Shown here: one piece after another, positions 11,512 through 23,878 of the stretch
How the letters are laid out: each line of letters starts with the position of its first letter
Numbering within the stretch: position 1 is the stretch's first letter
Assembly: GCF_030144855.1 (NCBI RefSeq)
Contig: NC_082710.1
Location: 40,362,001 to 40,426,000, forward strand
Direction of reading: 5' to 3'
Origin: Hypanus sabinus
Lineage: Eukaryota
DNA length: 64,000 bases
The notes under the pieces: generated by a model
Told to the model about the DNA's origin: nothing
The model's input: only the letters and a program-made list of their open reading frames with translations
Database searches by the model: none
Translations under genes and position numbers: made by a program

Positions 11512-12110
11512 TTAGAAACATAGGAACATAGAAAGCATACAGCACAATACAGGCCCTTTGGCCCACAAAGCTGTGCCAAACATGCCCCTACTTTAGAACT
11601 ACCTAGACTTTACCCATAGCACACTATTTTTCTAAGTTCCATGTAGTCATCCAGCAGTCTCTTAAAAGACCCTATAGTTTCCGCCTCCACTGCCCCCGGC
11701 AGCCCATTCCACGCACTCACCACTCTCTGCGTAAAACCTTACTCCTGACATCTCCTCTGTATCTACTACCAAACACTTTGAAACTATGCCTTCTTGTGCT
11801 AGCCATTTCAGCCCTGGGGAAAAGCCTCTGACTATCCACACGATCAATGCCTCTCATTATCTTGCACACCTCTATCAAGTTACCTCTCATCCTCCGTCGC
11901 TCCAAGGAGAAAAGGCCGAGTTCACTCAACCTATTCTCTTAAGGCATGCTCCCCAATCCAGGCAACATCCTTGTAAATCTCCTCTGCACTCTTTCTATGG
12001 TCTCCATGTCCTTCCTATAGTGAGGCAACCAGAATTGAGCACATTACTCCAAGTGGGGTCTGATCAGGGTCCTATATAGCTGCAACATTACCTCTCAGCT
12101 CTTAAACTTA
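11512..12110 (-). mobile_element. CR1 LINE 3' end
   Basis: ORF 11717..11929 ELGLFSLERRRMRGNLIEV; (TTCTATGT)n-type tail. Confidence 0.92.
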
Positions 12111-12142
12111 AAAGGGAACCTTTAAAAAAGTCATCACACGTA

Positions 12143-12679
12143 CAACTCAGTAGCTAATTCATTAGGTACGGGGTGGAACCCACTGTGGTCTTCTGCTACT
12201 GTAGCCTATGCACTTCAAGGTTCAACGTGTTGTGCATTCAGAGATGCTCTTCTGCACACCAATATTGTGATGTGTGGTTATTTAAGTAACTATCACCTTC
12301 CTGTCAGCTTGAACCAGTCTGGCTATTTTCTGTCTCTCATTAACAAAGCATTTTCATCCACAGAACTACCTCTCACTGGATGTTTTTTCTTTGCACCATT
12401 CCCTGTAAACTCTAGAGACAGTTGGGCATGAAAATTCCAGGAGATCAGCAGTCTCTGAAAAACCCAAACCACTCTGTCTGGCACTAACAATCATTCCACG
12501 ATCAAAGTCACATAGATCTCATTTCTCCCCACTTCTGATGTTTGGTCCGAACCACAACTGAACCTCTTGACCATGTGTGCATCCCTTTATGCATTGAGTT
12601 GCTGCCACGTGATTGGCTGATGAGATATTTGCATTACTGAGCAGGTGTGCAGGTGCACCTAATAAAATGGTCACTGTTG
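12143..12679 (-). mobile_element. Tc1/mariner-derived non-autonomous element (copy 1)
   Basis: TA flanks at 12141-12142 and 12680-12681; decayed CACTCAGTGGCCACTTTATTAGGTAC TIRs; paired-like transposase N-terminal remnant. Confidence 0.82.
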
Positions 12680-12699
12680 TATATGTTTTCATTCTGTAA

Positions 12700-13430
12700 C
12701 TAGAATCAAAATCAGGTTTAATGACATTGGCATAGGTTGCGAAATTTGTTGTTTTCTGGCAGTGGTGCAGTATCATACATTAAAAAAATACTGTAAGTTT
12801 ACAACAAGAACTATGAAAAAGATAAGCAGTGCCAAAAACAGAGCAAGAAGTGAGATAATGTTTACAAATTCATGGTCCGTTCAGAAAGCTGATGGCAGAG
12901 GGAAAGAACACTTGCAGGGACATCGCAGGCACATACTGTAGCATTAGGTAAGTAGCATTCATTAGAAAAACATAAACTGAACATAAATTATATTTGTACT
13001 TTACAGGAAGGAACACAATTAGAACAAAATAAACAAAAGTTACACTTAGTGCAAAGTGATCAGGTTGGGCATAGTATTGCTGAACTGTTGAGAAGATTAT
13101 AGTTTTGCTATTTGGTCCAAAAACTGACAGGTTAAAGGAAGTAGCTGTTGTTGAACCTGGTGGCGTGGGTCTTCAGGCTTCCATATCTGCTGCCTAGTGG
13201 TAGCTGAAAAAAGATGGCATGGCCCAGATGGCGGAGATATTTGAGACAGCGCTTCCTATAGACTGATAGGGAGTGATTTGCCCAAGATGAGTCCTCTATT
13301 CTCCGCAGCTTCTTACTTTCCTGCATATTTGAATTATGTACAAGATCGGGCAGATCATGATACAACCAGTCAAGATATTTCAACCGAACATCTGTAGCAA
13401 TTTGTTAGAATGTTTGCTGTCAACCCGAAG
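12700..13430 (-). mobile_element. Rex1/Babar-type 3' fragments
   Basis: Minus strand ILTNCYRCSVENILTGCIMI and LPLGSRYGSLKTHATRFNNSYF; (ATTCTG)n-like tail at ~12700. Confidence 0.75.
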
Positions 13431-15151
13431 CTCCTTTGTACAATTTAATCCAAATTTTGGATGGAGTTTTCCTCTCATCAACCCATCTGCTATTAATTTC
13501 CTTTGATTTTTGCAAAAGATTTTTAGAGTCCTGGGTGAAGATAGAAAATGAGCATGATTTTCCAAGTGATACTTAAGTTGCAATACCTTGTCGCTGTACA
13601 TAGCTGAAAATGTTTCAGAAAACATAATTACAATAGTACCGAAGATGATTATGAGATCATAGAAAATCCTCAACAAAGTTAGTGAATAAGTGAGGCTCAC
13701 TGTCATTATTTCATATGGTAAGCTAGCACAGGATTGTTGAGCTGAGTTTTTGCCCACCATACTTTTATCCAAAAACAGCATACATAGACAAGAATATAAA
13801 GTTGTAAAACAAGGTCATTGGCAACTTGTTGTACACAATAGAAGGCATATATAAACACCACTAGGTCAGAGCAAACATTAATCCAAGCATTACCACAGTT
13901 CCTATACCTGTCCGTGCTTGCTTGCTGAGCTCTTGACAGTTGTATGTTTTGAACAACATAAAAGCACATCAGCTTGTGTCAATATTTGCAGATCGAAGTG
14001 GCTTCTTATCCACACCAGCTGGACCTCCTTTGACAAATATCCACCAGGCTTTTTACACTTATCTATGAAACCATTTGTTGAAAGGAAGACACTAAAGAGA
14101 TTTGTGTGCTTAACTATTCAGTAGCTCTGGAATCTGTTAAAATAACTGAGCGTGTTTTTCTGAAATGTCAAACAGATTCAATCATGACAATGTCAACACT
14201 CATCAGTCATGTTGTTTAAACTTTAACTAGCTGTTTGTTAGCTTTTAGAACCTGACAAACTGATAAAAATTATGCTTTTATCTGTAATTTATCTGATGGC
14301 AGAACTACTTAGTTTTTGGAAACTGGAGCAGAGGGCACCACTGGCCATGGATTTTTTTAAAACAAATCTTTCCTTTGGCTGGTTAAATTGCTAAGCAATT
14401 GTAGGATTCATGTGTTGTCAGACATCAGCAGAAGTAAGCTTCCTTTCAGGTTGTTGTGAGCTATGGGAACCCCTGAAGACAAAAAATCTTTGTTCATTAA
14501 AGGTGATAAGTTTCTCTTGTTTAGATGCTTCACGGCTGGAAGTAGATGCAGTTTGTTCTCATGAAGTGATTAGAAGCTATCCACCTCTGATGCTGAATTA
14601 GCTACCGGTAGGCTGCACTGGCAATCAACATGCAAAGTTCACAGTAAGTGGGTAAAAGGCATACCCAAAATATGTTATATAGATTACAGGGCCTGAAATT
14701 GGCTCAATGGTCCCTAGAACTCTAGTCTAAGATATCGGCTGCATGAGGAAAACACAAAAAGTGTTTAGGACCTGTGATTCCAGGCTCTACAACATTGATT
14801 CCTGTCAACGCATGCAGTGTCATCAGAGAGCTACTATAAATGCACAGGGTGAGCCTTACTTATATCCGGATTGGGAGCATAGGCAGGGAAAGAATGGAAC
14901 TCCTAGGGACAAAAAGGGTAAACTATGCGTGGAACCAGGGGATTTGTGAAAGGTCCTAAATGAATAATTCTCACCTGGATTCACCAAGGATAAAAGGATT
15001 TGGAAGATTTTGAGATCGGGATGGGGGGGGGGGGGACGTTGATAGTCTAAAGCACATGAAAATGCTCTTTGCAGAAATTCTGTACCTATTCTGTACAATG
15101 GTCCTTCCCAGGCAAGCAAAATTTGAGCAGCGTCCACCCAGCTACCCATGA

Positions 15152-15560
15152 TTAGAACATAGAACACAGTACAGCACAATACAGACTCTTCAGTGCACAA
15201 TGTTTCATCAAAATTGTAATCTACTCCAAAATCTATCTAACCCTTCCCTCCATTTTTCTATCATTTTATGCCTATCTAAGTCTCTTAAGTGTCCCTAATG
15301 TATCTGCCTCTCTCATACCCCTGGCAGTGTGTCCCAAGCACTTACCACTCTGTTAAAAATCCTACTTCTGCCATCCCTTCTATTCTTTCCTTAAAATTAT
15401 ACCCTCCTGTATAATTCCACTGCCACCCTGGAAAAATGGATGGTGTCCATTCTATCAATTCCTCTTATTATTTTATACACCTCAATCCAAGTCACCTGTC
15501 ATACTCACTTGCTCCAAAGAATAAAGTCCTAGCTTGCTGAGACTTTTCACATAAGACAGG
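15152..15560 (-). mobile_element. CR1 3' end, decayed
   Basis: tagaacatagaacacagtacagcac tail and a LGLYSLE-like region. Confidence 0.8.
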
Positions 15561-15824
15561 TTGGTTCTCTAATTAAGGGGAAAAGATTTATACAGCCCAC
15601 CAACCACCACACCTGCTGCCTTCTCACAGCCTCTGGCCCCCTGGTAGTGTTCTGCAGAGTCACTGAGAATGTACTGGAAAGAATCTGCAAAATAGTAATG
15701 CAGTGTTGTGGAAAACAAGCCTTAAAACCTACAGCTGTTGTCAATCATCAGCTCAAGGAATCACCTTCTCTGGCTCCAGACCAAATCTTATGTGTTCATT
15801 CACCTGTAAAGAATGAACAGTAAG

Positions 15825-16840
15825 AGAAGTCTGGAGCAAAAATCCTGGGAAATCAGTGGGGAACCCCACAGGTCAGGCAACACTGGTAGCTGTACTTGGC
15901 AGGAAGTGTCTTAGAAAACATCACTGCAATAATCTTGAAGATGAAATGGAAAGTCAATGTTTTGGGCTGAGACCATTCATTTGGACCAGGGGTGTCAAAC
16001 TCATTTTAGGTCACGGGCCGGATTGGGCAAAATGCAGCTTCATGCGGGCCGGATCAGTCGGGCGCGTGCGAACGCAGCTTTCATTGCCTCCGTTTTTTCA
16101 GCCTGTTCTCATGTGTCTCAGTCTCTGCTATAACTACAAAGTGTTTCACTTCATAAATTCTATTTCTTATGAAGAAGACTGCTGAGCAAGCATTATTTTT
16201 ATGATTGGTATTAACTTACAATCATAGGCTTCATATCGCCGGGCCATTAATAATTAAAATAATAGATCTATCTAAAATGATCTCGCGAGCCGGATATAAT
16301 TGAATGCCGGGCCGGAGAAGGCCCGCGGGCCTTGAGTTTGACACCTATGATCTGGACAGAAAGAAATGATGAGGTGATAGTAAGTGTAAAGAGGTGAAGG
16401 GCAGGTGTCAGGAAAGGGCTGACAAGCACCAGGTGGATCCAGGTGAAGAGAGATGATTGGCAGATAGGGACGGTAGAGTGGAGATAGCAATAGATTATGG
16501 AAGGTGATAGGCAGAAGGAACAGATTAGGGAATCAAAGAGAAATGGAAGGAAAAGAGGAAGCAAATCAGGGAGGAATAGCTGACATATTGGAAGAGTGGG
16601 GTTGGAGACCTTGTGGGGAGAGTGTGTGGGTGAATAGCAAATAGAGTTGGTGGGGGTAGAAACTGGGAAATAAGGGGACTGGGAGGATGGCCGAGAGAGA
16701 GAGAGAGAGAGAGATAGGTTGTGTGTGGGAAGCCCTGGGTCAATCAGAAACAAAAGGAAAGGGACAGTGCCAGAACAAGACATCTGAAATTGAAGAATTC
16801 AAAGTTCATGCTGTCAGATTGCAGACCACCCAGGAACTAA
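15825..16840 (-). mobile_element. Penelope (Neptune-type) 3' part (GIY-YIG end plus pLTR), split by the hAT MITE
   Basis: Minus strand LGGLQSDSMNFEFFNFR at ~16785-16835 (PLE endonuclease C-terminus), pyrimidine-rich 3' UTR, decayed hammerhead at 15952-15986. Confidence 0.8.
15987..16349. mobile_element. hAT/Charlie-type MITE
   Basis: TIRs caggggtgtcaaactca / tgagtttgacacctatg; 8-bp TSD atttggac (15979-15986) / atctggac (16350-16357); CpG-rich subterminal GGGCCG repeats. Confidence 0.92.
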
Positions 16841-16854
16841 TTTGATTAAGTTTT

Positions 16855-17005
16855 CTATGGAACTGATAAAGGCAAAGTAATTGATGTTGTCTGTAATGCA
16901 TTTGACAAGCCCCTCATGTTAGGCCAGTTCAAAAGGTTATAGTACACGGAAGCCAGTGTGATCTGGCTAATTGGATCCAAAATTGGCTTGGTAATGGAAG
17001 GAAGG
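16855..17005 (+). mobile_element. CR1 RT fragment
   Basis: DKGKVIDVV..AFDK..WIQNWLGNG-like translation. Confidence 0.65.
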
Positions 17006-17006
17006 A

Positions 17007-17360
17007 TCTCTACCAATGGAAGTGTAAGGCACCCTTTCCCTCCTCTAGCCTGCAGATCACCCTTGGGCAAGGTGTCGCACCTGCTTAGCCCACCCCGCAC
17101 CCCTGACCAGGGTCACGTAAAGCCATGGGACCAGGTGGTGGATGGTTGTATGAGCAGCTGGTGCATATCACAAGTCCTGGTTATGCAGCCACTGACACCA
17201 GGCAGGCAATCTCTGAAGGCTACTAATAATGGCTGGGGTCACCCATCTTGTAAAGACACTGCACAGAAGAAGGCAATGGCAGACCACTTCTTCAGAAAAA
17301 TTTGCCAAAAAACAGTCACGGTGATGAGACCACAATCACCTACATCATACACATTACAAA
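17007..17360 (+). mobile_element. RTE-related non-autonomous SINE-like element (bipartite RTE 5'/3' ends)
   Basis: gaaggcaatggcagaccacttc..tttgccaa (motif shared with RTE/BovB 5' UTRs and Bov-A/Sauria SINEs), followed by an RTE-like 3' terminus gaccacaatcacctacatcatac. Confidence 0.65.
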
Positions 17361-19350
17361 GAATGCCTGAAAAGGACTGACGGAATTTTAGGGCCTTGTA
17401 TTTTTGAGTAATTCTCCCATCTTTGCTCACTGCTAAACTGTATTGACTGGTGTAAATCTAAGACTGTAGGAAAAGCCTCTGTTATTCATCACTGTCACTG
17501 CTGCATTGCCACTTTGAAACCTTGCCCTTCATTAAGCTCACCCATCCTCATGTTAAATGAGTCTGAATCAATTTTCTCATATCATTTGCAATTATGTTTA
17601 GACCTGAGAGTGCTATTAGTAATAAACATGTTAACATATTTCAATGAAACTCCTCGAACCCACATTTTGACAAATGAGATTATCCAATTAAGATGTCACT
17701 CTGTGTTGTTTCTATCTTCTTACTTTCTTTACACATTTGTTCCTTACCAGCGAAGATGCTAAATTTCTTTAAATTTCACTAAATCTATTTTTGTCAGGCA
17801 CCACCAATTTAATAGGCCTGTAGTACACCCTGTCTGTATATGAAGTGTAAAATGAGAAGAGAAAAATAAAATGCTAATTAAGTGAATCCATTCTACAATA
17901 GAAATTGTTATCAAGCTGGTGATGAACAATGTATCTCAAGTAGAGTTTACAAACTTCTGTCTAACTTCAGCTACTGAGATCTGTGCTAATTATTCAATCT
18001 AGATGTCAAAGCTGTGACTCCCAAGTATGAATTTCCTAGGCACCCACCATCAATTTATTTAGTCATCATCTAATCTGTCCTTGGTGTGTACACTCTGGAT
18101 CCCAGAAATGAAACAGAGGATATGAATGCTCCAATGTTAATCACTAAAGGTCAATTATAAATGTAATGTGAATATCATACATTGCAAATTAAGTAAGCAA
18201 CAAAACTGACCCTTGTTAATGTTAATTGTACTAAATGAAGATGGGTGTGGATTACTCTGCCATTTTTATCAGCTCCAACATTCACTTCCACTTACATCTT
18301 TCCCTCTTCCCACCTTTCTACTTTTACAGGGACCATTCTCTTGTGATTCCCTGGTCTGCTCATCCCTCCCCATCATGCCCTCTGGCACTTTGCCCTGCAA
18401 CCATGGTAAGCATAGCACCTCTGCCTTCACTTCCTATTTCACCACCATTCAGGAAACCAAGCAGCCCTTCCAAGTGAGGTAAAGGTTTTCTTGCTTCTCT
18501 GCCAACTTGGTCTACTGTATCTAGTGCGCATGAAGCCAAGCAGAGACTGGGTGACTGTCTCAAAGCACCTGCACTCTATCTGCTATAGGCTTCTGGCTGT
18601 ATGTTATTTTAACTTTCCTTCTTGCTCCCCAGCAATCTGTCTATCTCTGTCCTTCATTGCTACAGAGAGGCTAGTTCATAATGCAAGGACAATGTCACGT
18701 ATTCTGCTTGTATAACTTACATCCTAGTAGTATGAAAAATGAAATTCCCATTTCAGGTAAATCAGACATCCGGAGTTCTCCCACATAAACTGAGTACCTA
18801 CCTGGTTTTCTCTCATCTGTGTTCGACTTTCCATAATTCCCCCCCCCACCATCTACCCGTTACCCCTTTCCCATTTGGTTCTACCTATCACAAGCAGCCT
18901 ATAACCCACACTGCTGATGTTATATTCTCTTTTCTTTTTCAATCTTTTTATTATTATTAATTAATATCAACAAAATAAAACTGATACATAGATAATGGGA
19001 TTACAAACATACACATTTCAACTGAACATGAAAGAATACATAAGCAATAGTTACAGTATAAATGAGTATTCCCAAATCATGGACGATACAGATAACAAAT
19101 AAACACGGCAAACCTAGGTATATCATAATATATATTTTAAAAAAAGAAAAAAAATTATGCAAAAAAAACTAATCTAATAATCTAATAACTAATAAGGAAA
19201 AAAAGAAAAAAGAGAAAAAGAAAAAATGGAAAAAAGGGCTGTTTATAATATCTCACAAAAATACAAAATCATCAGTGTCGTCAACTCCGATCCTCTCAAC
19301 ATGTATAAAATTGAAACTGAAAAAACAAATAGGCTTTGAACAGGGTCATA

Positions 19351-22300
19351 TTACATCATATGAAAATATTGAATAAATGGTCTCCATATCTTTTCAAATT
19401 TAATAGAAGTATCAAATACAACACTTCTAATTTTTTCTAAATTTAGACATAACATAGTTTGAGAAAACCAATGAAATATGGTAGGAGGACTAATTTCTTT
19501 CCAATTCAACAAAATAGATCTTCTAGCCATTAATGTAAGAAATGCAATCATTCAACAAGCAGAAGAGGATAAACGGAGTGAGTCCATCATTGGTAAACCA
19601 AAAATTGCAGTAATAGGATGAAGTTGTAAATCAATGTTCAATACCGTAGAAATAATATCAAAAATGTCTTTCCAATATTTTTTCAAAAGCGGACACGACC
19701 AGAACATATGAGTTAAAGAGGCTATCTCAGAATGACATCTGTCACAAATAGGATTTATATAGGAATAAAAATGAGCCAATTTATCCTTGGACATATGAGC
19801 CAACCTTAAACTGTATTAATGAATGTTTAGCACATATAGATAATGTATTAACTAATTGAAGAATTTTATCCCAATTCTCAATAGGGATAGTAAGGTTAAG
19901 TTCTCTTTCCCAATTATTTTTAATCTTATAGAAGGGCTCTGAACGTATCTTCATAATTATATTGTAAAGTTTTGATATTAGCCCTTTCTGAGAAGGATTT
20001 AGTTCAAACAAATTCTCCAAAATGCCTGAAGACACAAAATTTGGAAAAGTAGGAAGTACAGTATTTAAGAAATTCCTAATCTGCAAATATCTAAAAAAAT
20101 GAAATCTAGGCAAATTATATTTATTGATAATTGTTCAAAAGACATGAAACAATTATACAAAAATAAATCAGAAAATCATAGTAATCCTTTAGTCTTCCAA
20201 GCTGAATAAGTTTGGTCTATAATAGAAGGATGAAAAAAGCAATTGGATACAATAGGAATATTTAAAACAAACTGAGTCAACCCAAAAAATTTCCGAAATT
20301 GAAACCATATACGTAAAGTATGTTTAACTATCGGGTTGTCAATTCGATTCGGCAATTTAGAAAGAGCAAAGGGAAGAGAAGACCCTAAAATAGAACCCAA
20401 TGAAAATCCTTGTACAGATTTAATTTCCAAGTTCACCCAATGAGGGCTGAAAGATAAATTCCAATCCTTTAACCAACATATCAAATATCGGATATTGACT
20501 GCCCAATAATAAAATCTAAAATTAGGCAATGCCAATCCACCTTCCTTCCTTGCCTTCTGTAAATATTTTTTTACCTAATCTAGGATTTTTATTCTGCCAT
20601 ATATATGAGGAAATATGTGAATCAACATTAGCAAAAAAAGATTTTGGAATAAAAATTGGTACAACTTGAAATATATATAAAAACTTGGGTAAAATAACCA
20701 TCTTAATAGCATTAATCTGACCTATCAGAGATAAAGATACTAGTGACCACTTAATAAACAAACATTTAATCTGATCAATTAGGGGTAAAAAATTAACTTT
20801 AAATAAGTCCTTATAGTTTTTTGTGATTTTAATCCCTAAGTAAGTAAAAGAGTCATTAACTAATTTAAAAGGTAAATCTCCATAAATTGGAACCTGTCTA
20901 TTTAAAGGAAACAATTCACTCTTATTAAGATTTAATTTATACCCGGAAAAATTACTAAATTGAGCCAACAATGATATAACTGCAGGAATGGATTTCTCAG
21001 GATCAGAAATAAATAATAATAAATCATCTGCATATAATGATAGCTTATGTATATCCGTCCCACGATTAATGCCAAAAATGTTCTGTGATTCTCTGATAGC
21101 AATTGCCAAGGGTTCTAAAGCAATATCAAATAATAATGGACTAAGAGGACAGCCTTGTCTAGTACCCTGAAATAAATGAAAAAAGGGAAATCTTTGATTG
21201 CTGGTAAGCACCGAGGCTACTGGAGTATGATATATCAGTTTAATCCAGGAAATGAATGTCGGACTAAAATTAAACTTCTCAAGCACAGTAAATAAGTATG
21301 GCCATTCAACTCTATCAAATGCTTTCTCCGCATCTAGTGAAATGACACATTCTGAAGTGCTATGTGAAGGAGCATAAACAATATTCAATAATCTCCTAAC
21401 ATTGAAAAAAGAATAGCAATTTTTAATAAAACCAGTTTGATCTTCCGAAATAATTTGGGGTAATACCTTCTCCAGCCTGGATGCCAGTAACTTGGAAAAG
21501 ACATTGGAATCTACATTCAATAAAGATATTGGTCTATAGGATGCACAGTCAGTAGGGTCTTTATCTTTCTTCAATATTAAAGAAATGGAAGCTCTATAAA
21601 AAAGATTGTGGCAGATTACCCAATCTAATTGCTTCTTCAAAAACCCTGCATAACCAAGGAGAAAGAGTAGCAGAAAAAACATTTTAAAAATTCTACTGTA
21701 TACCCATCTGGACCTGGTGCTTTCCCAGAATTCGTAGAGGAAATAACCCCTTTAATTTCTGCATCCGTAATAGGAGCTTCTAATATTGAAAGATCATCTG
21801 ATGATAATTTTGGAAAATTCAATTTCCCAAGAAAATCACACATGGTATTATAATCATGAGGGAATTCAGAATGATACAGGGAGGTATAAAAATCTTGAAA
21901 TAATTTGTTTATCTCATCATGGTTAACTGTCAGATCCCCATTCTGCTGACGAATCTTAGTAATTTGATGTTTAACCAAAGCATTCTTCAATTGACTAGCT
22001 AACAGTTTACCCGATTTATCACTATGTATATAAAAATCAGATCTGGTTTTCATTAAATGATTTTCAATCGAAGATGTAAGTAATAAAATATGTTCCGTTT
22101 GAAGTTCAACCCTTTGTTTGTAAAGCTCCTTACTAGGAGTAGTCGAATATTTCTTGTCAATCTCTTTAATTTTATCAACCAATAAAAGAGTTTCCTTCTT
22201 AATACGTTTTCTCAGACCAACAGAGTAGGAGATAATCTGTCCACGTATATATGCTTTAAAAGTGTCCCAAAGTGTTCCGCAAGAAATATCATTCATGGAA

Positions 22301-23110
22301 TTAGTTGAAAAGAAGAAATCAATCTGTTCTTTCATAAATTTAATAAAATCCGGACCTTGCAGTAAGGTGGAATCAAATCGCCATTGTGTAGCACTAGAAG
22401 CTGTATCCGTAAATTTAATAGAAAGTTTTAATGGAGCATGGTCAGAGATGGCTATAATATCATAATTACAACCAATTACTGATGGAATAAAACGAGTCAA
22501 TAAAAAAATAATCAATTCTCGAGTAGGAATGATAAACATGTGAGAAAAATGAAAACTGTTTGTCCTTAGAATGCCGAAATCTCCAAATATCAAAATTATC
22601 AGTCAAAAAAGAGTTAATATAAGTGGCCGACTTATTAGGTAAAGTCTGAGTAGATATAGATTTGTCCAACAAAGGATTTAAACAACAATTAAAGTCACCA
22701 CCCATTATTAACTTATATTCATTTAGATTAGGTAGAGAAGTAAATAAGGACTTAAAAAAATCAGGATAGTCCACATTTGGAGCATAAACATTAACCATAG
22801 CAACCTTTTTGTTAAAAAGTAAGCCAGTAATTAACAAAAATCTACCATTCGGATCCGAAAAGATATCGTGTTGAACAAATGCAATAGTGGAGTCAATAAA
22901 AATTGAAACTCCCTTTACTTTAGCATTCGAATTCGAATGGTACTGTTGATCCCTCCAAAACCTGAAAAAGTGATCATTATCCTCTTTCCTCACATGAGTT
23001 TTTTGTACAAAAATAATATGTGCATTGAGTCTTTGGAATACTTTGAAAATCTTTTTCCGTTTAATCTGATGGTTTAAGCCATTAGTATTCCAATTAATGG
23101 TCTGAGCCAT
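19351..23110 (-). pseudogene. L1 ORF2p (APE endonuclease, RT, CCHC), frameshifted
   Basis: WNTNGLN, MGGDFN, YSRIDYF, ISDHAP, KAPGPDG, SLDAEKAFDRVEW, GTRQGCPLSPLLF, LYADD and CDRCHSEIASLTHMFWSC across consecutive ORFs. Confidence 0.96.
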
Positions 23111-23122
23111 ATTTCTGAAATC

Positions 23123-23213
23123 AACCCTTTGGTATATAAAGGGTTAACCAAATTATGAACACATGCACCTGGAAGAGGAACAAAAATAAGGGGCGGACCC
23201 GGAAGTGACGACA
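23123..23213. promoter_or_regulatory. Promoter-like motif cluster in the L1 inter-ORF spacer (GC box, ETS-CRE, hairpin/TATA-like)
   Basis: GGGGCGG at 23190-23196, CCGGAAGTGACGACA at 23199-23213, hairpin AACCCTTT-ggtatat-AAAGGGTT at 23123-23145; ORF2 ATG at 23110. Confidence 0.45.
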
Positions 23214-23878
23214 TTAGGGACATTTTAGTAGTTTAAAATCAGACCAAATGAAAAAACTAGAAAAAACTGGTGTAAAGAACATAAAATTAAGAAAAAGACC
23301 TCCCACCCCCCACCCAAGAGGAGAAAAGATCTCCCCAGCCAAGAAAAGGCTGGGAAAAAGGAGAAATGAAACTAAATCTACCCCCATATCAGCAGAAGGC
23401 AACTCCGTATATAAAGGATAAAAAAAGATCCACCCAAACTCTAAAGAAATGATAATCACTATACTAAAACCAAACTTCTTAATATAATTGGTAGTAAAAG
23501 AAACAAAAAGAATATAATCACTAGTAACTTATAAATTGGGTTAAAACCCAAACAAACCAAAAAATAATTTAAACTGTGATAAGAAATGCATTATAGGAAG
23601 AAGACAAGAGAAAAAAAAATGGCGAAATCAAAAAAAAAGCCAAAAATATTTTAGAGAAGAAACCACCATCGTAGTAAAAAAAAATCACCTTCGAAGGATT
23701 AATAAAAATGACCAAAGCTAAAGTACAGTGATTGAAGTAAGTAAAATAAAAAGATTAGTACATCAAAAAAAACTTTAACTAGAGTATAAAGTATAGAGTA
23801 AACCTACACCAATAGCCAGAAACAAAATCTGGTTTTGGAAACAAAAACGATCTTGCAATGATCAAAATCACTCATTTA

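Noticed and set aside
13587-13920. Hydrophobic minus-strand translations (ARTGIGTVVMLGLMFALT*WCLY.. and ORF 13380..13781) that superficially resemble GPCR (V1R/T2R) TM6-7
   Set aside because: In-frame stops, no upstream TM segments and no diagnostic motif; a T-rich strand gives hydrophobic peptides by chance, and the ORF ends in a Rex1 fragment. A profile HMM search would settle it.
16268-16783. 171-aa Ser/Leu/Pro-rich ORF
   Set aside because: Translation of the pyrimidine-rich Penelope 3' UTR plus the MITE
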